Assembly (NCBI GenBank): GCA_964188305.1
Contig: OZ076893.1
Strand: one strand, 5' to 3'
DNA length: 64,000 bases
Source of the DNA: Podarcis bocagei
Lineage: Eukaryota
In this document: piece by piece, positions 61,801-64,000 of the stretch
Layout: each line of letters begins with the position of its first letter
Position numbering within the stretch: position 1 is the first letter of the stretch
The notes under the pieces: generated by a model
The model's input: the letters and a program-made list of their open reading frames with translations, nothing else
Told to the model about the DNA's origin: nothing
Databases searched by the model: none
Made by a program: the position numbers and the translations under genes

Positions 61801-62731
61801 CCAGGGCAAAGTTCGCAACTGGGAGCATCTACTTCCGGTTTAGCGGAGCTCATAATTCGAAGCGTTCGCAAGGAGGACGGTACGTTACACGAGGTTCCAC
61901 TGTATTTATCTGTGGCTCCAGACTAGAAGCAGTGGGTGGAAATTGCAGGGAAAGCAGATTTTGGCTAAACATTTGGGTGACCCTTCCTACTGGCAAGAGC
62001 AGTTTGACCATGGAACAGCCTGCCCATTGGAAATAGTGAGGTCTGCTTTGCAAAGGTCTGGTGGCTTTTTGGCTGAAAGGGCAGGAGATGCAGGCACCAT
62101 TAATGAGTGACACTTGCAAATCACTGTTCCTTAGCCCGTGTGGTTTGATTTCTAACTATGTGGGCAATGACATCCTTGTGTCATTTTGACAGGCAGGTGC
62201 CCCTGTGAAAGGGAAGAACTGAACATTTGAAGAGAAAAATATATTGGGTTTTTGGACTTGCCCATCTATTGCCAGTACAGTTGTACCTCAGACGTCGAAC
62301 GCCTTGCGAGTCGAACATTTTGGCTCCCAAACGCTGCCAACCCGGAAGTGAGTGTTTGCAAACGTTTTTTTGGAACCCAAATGTCTGGCTCGGATTCTGA
62401 TTGGCTGCAGGAGCTTCCTGCAGCCATTCGGAAGCCACACCTTGGTTTCCAAACATTTTGGAAGTCGGGTGGACTTCCGGAATGGATTCCGTTCGATTTC
62501 CAAGGTACAACTGTAGATAAAATGTATAACCTTTGGAACAATGGGGTTGTTTTTTAATGTACAACAAACTTTTTTTTCCTTTCAGCCTGCATTGCTTTAT
62601 AATCTAGGCCAGTCTATAGTGATCTATACGGCCTACGTATAGTATTTGAGATTAAAAACTATTTTGTACTTGGAACTGAAAGCATGATGGACTTGCTTGA
62701 ACTCTTGCTTCATTAAACTGTCAAGTTTGAA

Positions 62732-62792
<61 letters not shown>

Positions 62793-63076
62793 GTTTTGTT
62801 TTATTTTTTGGATCCTGTCCACTTCACTGTGTTACCCCACGCATTGTGGGTGGCTTCCAACAAATGTAACATCAAAATAAAACATCAAACATTTGAAAAC
62901 TTCCCTGTGATTGTTCTCTGCAGACAATTGGTCCAGGAGATAGAAGCCAAAGCAGCTGAGCGCAGAGTGGAAGATGAAACTTGGTATCGGAAGCAAGAAC
63001 TGCTTCAGGAGGCTGAGGAGCAAAGGAGGAAGATTCTGCTTAAGGAAGAGGAGAAACTAGCAGAGCAAAGGCGGAG
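49750..63076 (+). CDS. TBC1D31: TBC1 domain family member 31 (WDR67): WD40 + Rab-GAP TBC + coiled coil; exons 1-15, 3'-incomplete in this window
   Basis: join(49750..49826,50558..50704,51229..51344,52164..52342,52721..52872,53427..53586,54299..54499,55429..55605,56769..56848,57146..57292,57497..57630,58475..58608,58717..58896,61084..61316,62924..63076) = 2270 nt, open frame; MQSSDLGSREDGKIWHRKPSP... Confidence 0.95.
50028..50269. mobile_element. MITE M1
   Basis: Same TIRs, TA TSD. Confidence 0.85.
50303..50495 (+). mobile_element. BovB (RTE) LINE internal fragment
   Basis: GPITSWQIEGEEMEAVRDFTFLGSMITADGDSSHKIKRRLLLGRKAMTNLDSILKSR. Confidence 0.85.
50558..50704 (+). CDS. TBC1D31: TBC1D31 exon 2
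   Basis: VIVNIIHS...GDHQGNIYVFDLVGN; GC donor AG|gcaagt. Confidence 0.9.
51229..51344 (+). CDS. TBC1D31: TBC1D31 exon 3
   Basis: FKLVQRTMQACTALAFNLRRK...KCFDT. Confidence 0.93.
52164..52342 (+). CDS. TBC1D31: TBC1D31 exon 4
   Basis: TKELVSWMRGHESSV...AQLWDLDTF...GIQK (GH-WD repeat). Confidence 0.93.
52721..52872 (+). CDS. TBC1D31: TBC1D31 exon 5
   Basis: VFFLPLSNTILSCFKDNSIFAWE... Confidence 0.93.
53427..53586 (+). CDS. TBC1D31: TBC1D31 exon 6
   Basis: DGRVLAAGGKSNHLHLW...GGSNQ. Confidence 0.93.
54299..54499 (+). CDS. TBC1D31: TBC1D31 exon 7
   Basis: VLGVLSQDNIMR...TKEVNK. Confidence 0.93.
54902..55129. mobile_element. MITE M1 (eroded left end)
   Basis: Same internal sequence. Confidence 0.75.
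55429..55605 (+). CDS. TBC1D31: TBC1D31 exon 8
   Basis: PPPPLFKVIEE...HEDKE. Confidence 0.9.
55954..56308 (+). mobile_element. Sauria SINE
   Basis: Full length, TSD TACGACCACTAA. Confidence 0.9.
56769..56848 (+). CDS. TBC1D31: TBC1D31 exon 9
   Basis: NELPDGLNKKRLRTLLKGFGEYPAKY. Confidence 0.93.
57146..57292 (+). CDS. TBC1D31: TBC1D31 exon 10
   Basis: MFVWRSLLHLPENH...LLRVLQ. Confidence 0.93.
57497..57630 (+). CDS. TBC1D31: TBC1D31 exon 11
   Basis: TLSALAHWSAIFGEMPY...FEVVATVI. Confidence 0.93.
57715..57850. repeat. Short palindromic MITE family (ACTACAACTCCCATC...GATGGGAGTTGTAGT); other copies near 5.05, 13.0, 36.95, 55.8, 59.05, 60.05 and 60.9 kb
   Basis: Near-palindromic over about 135 bp; CAGGGTTTCCCA / TGGGAAACGCTG ends. 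Confidence 0.7.
58475..58608 (+). CDS. TBC1D31: TBC1D31 exon 12
   Basis: NWCQHWFEFFPNPP...NITSQ. Confidence 0.93.
58717..58896 (+). CDS. TBC1D31: TBC1D31 exon 13
   Basis: VYAWPLLETMFSEVLTREEWL...EDFE. Confidence 0.93.
59397..59759 (+). mobile_element. Sauria SINE (variant subfamily)
   Basis: Full length, TSD TAAAAGGCAA. Confidence 0.85.
61084..61316 (+). CDS. TBC1D31: TBC1D31 exon 14
   Basis: YFFHHRNNLD...DEIEYLRE. Confidence 0.93.
61509..61902. mobile_element. Tigger-type MITE with a second MITE nested at 61535-61695
   Basis: Outer CAGTGGTACCTC...GGTTCCACTG; inner TA|CTGTATTTTTCC...GGAAAAATACAG|TA. Confidence 0.75.
62278..62513. mobile_element. Tigger-type MITE
   Basis: TA|CAGTTGTACCT...AGGTACAACTG|TA. 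Confidence 0.75.
62734..62792. repeat. (TAA)n microsatellite
   Basis: Direct reading. Confidence 0.95.
62924..63076 (+). CDS. TBC1D31: TBC1D31 exon 15
   Basis: QLVQEIEAK...EKLAEQRR, coiled coil. Confidence 0.92.
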
Positions 63077-64000
63077 GTATTTTCCATTTTAGCATCCCTG
63101 GTACTGACCACAGGAATATTACTGGAAGAACTGCTCTTCCGCAGATGGACTTGCTTTGCAAAAAAAGTAATGTTTCATCTTGCAAAATATCATTTCCCTG
63201 TTTAGATTACATCTGTAAAAAGCTCTACGTTATTGGGTCACAGAGCAGGGTGGATTTGATTAAAATCAAATCAATTTAAATCACAACTCAGTAAGACTTG
63301 GTTTAAATCATTTTTTTAACAGACAGACTCACTCTTGCTGGTATAATAATATTTACAACCAGATGAAGGTTTCATTTTTGGAATAAATTTTCAGAGTAGT
63401 TTTTACAGTTACATCAAAAATTACTGCTTTGGCTATACTATTAGAAATACACAGATAATTATGAAATTATTGTGAGGTTTAATAAGTTAACTTTATATTT
63501 GGACAACTTTTCTGCCATAATTTATTGGAAGGATGAAAATAATCATTTCCTTAATAACAATTTAAACAATTTTTGTAACTAAAACAACAACATTATAGCA
63601 TATGTATCCATGTTTGTTAACTGATGTGGTTAAACAATTAAAAAAAAAAACCTTAGAGTTTTAGCACACATGAAAAACTTAAAACAAATCCTTATTTACT
63701 GATGCATAGTCTTTGGACTACAGTGGTACCTTGGTTCTTGAACAGCCTAGTTCACAGACAACTTAGAACCCGAACGTCGCAAACTCAGAAGTGAGCATTC
63801 TGGTTCTCGATATATTTTTTTGGAAGTCGGACGTGTCCTGAGCTCCTGGTTTTAATGTTTCACTTCTGTTTTAGACAGATCGCACTGATTGGGCTGGTGA
63901 GGAGAAGTGTCCTGGCAGCGCTCTGAAGCCCAGCTGCTTTGACGAGAGAGAGATTGAAAGATCATGCTGATTAGGGCATTGGGGAAAAGTGTCCCGGCAG

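Overview
This is vertebrate genomic DNA, very likely a squamate (lacertid-like lizard, inferred from abundant Sauria SINEs, BovB, CR1 and L2). It is not prokaryotic. It covers the conserved syntenic block ZHX2 (+; whole 801-aa CDS in one exon, 19913-22318), DERL1 (-; 8 coding exons, 251 aa, 46926-31212) and TBC1D31/WDR67 (+; first 15 coding exons from 49750, running off the window). I reconstructed all exons by hand and their phases are consistent. DERL1 intron 3 has a U12 (minor spliceosome) signature, TBC1D31 intron 2 is GC-AG, and the ZHX2 coding exon starts with two uORFs. The non-coding space is dense with transposons: Sauria and other tRNA SINEs, CR1/L1/L2/RTE fragments, a deleted Tc1, many Tc1/pogo-type and hAT MITEs, and four solo LTRs with 5-bp TSDs. 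The most notable non-genic items are Penelope-like repeats carrying intact minimal hammerhead-ribozyme motifs (one inside a perfect 71-bp hairpin), a 5'-truncated HMGB2-like retrocopy, a trio of same-orientation solo LTRs in the ZHX2 intron, and a cluster of inverted repeats between the divergent DERL1 and TBC1D31 promoters. I found no convincing novel protein-coding system. Most other ORFs in the track are antisense shadows or repeat translations. Family and orthologue assignments are from memory and need database confirmation.
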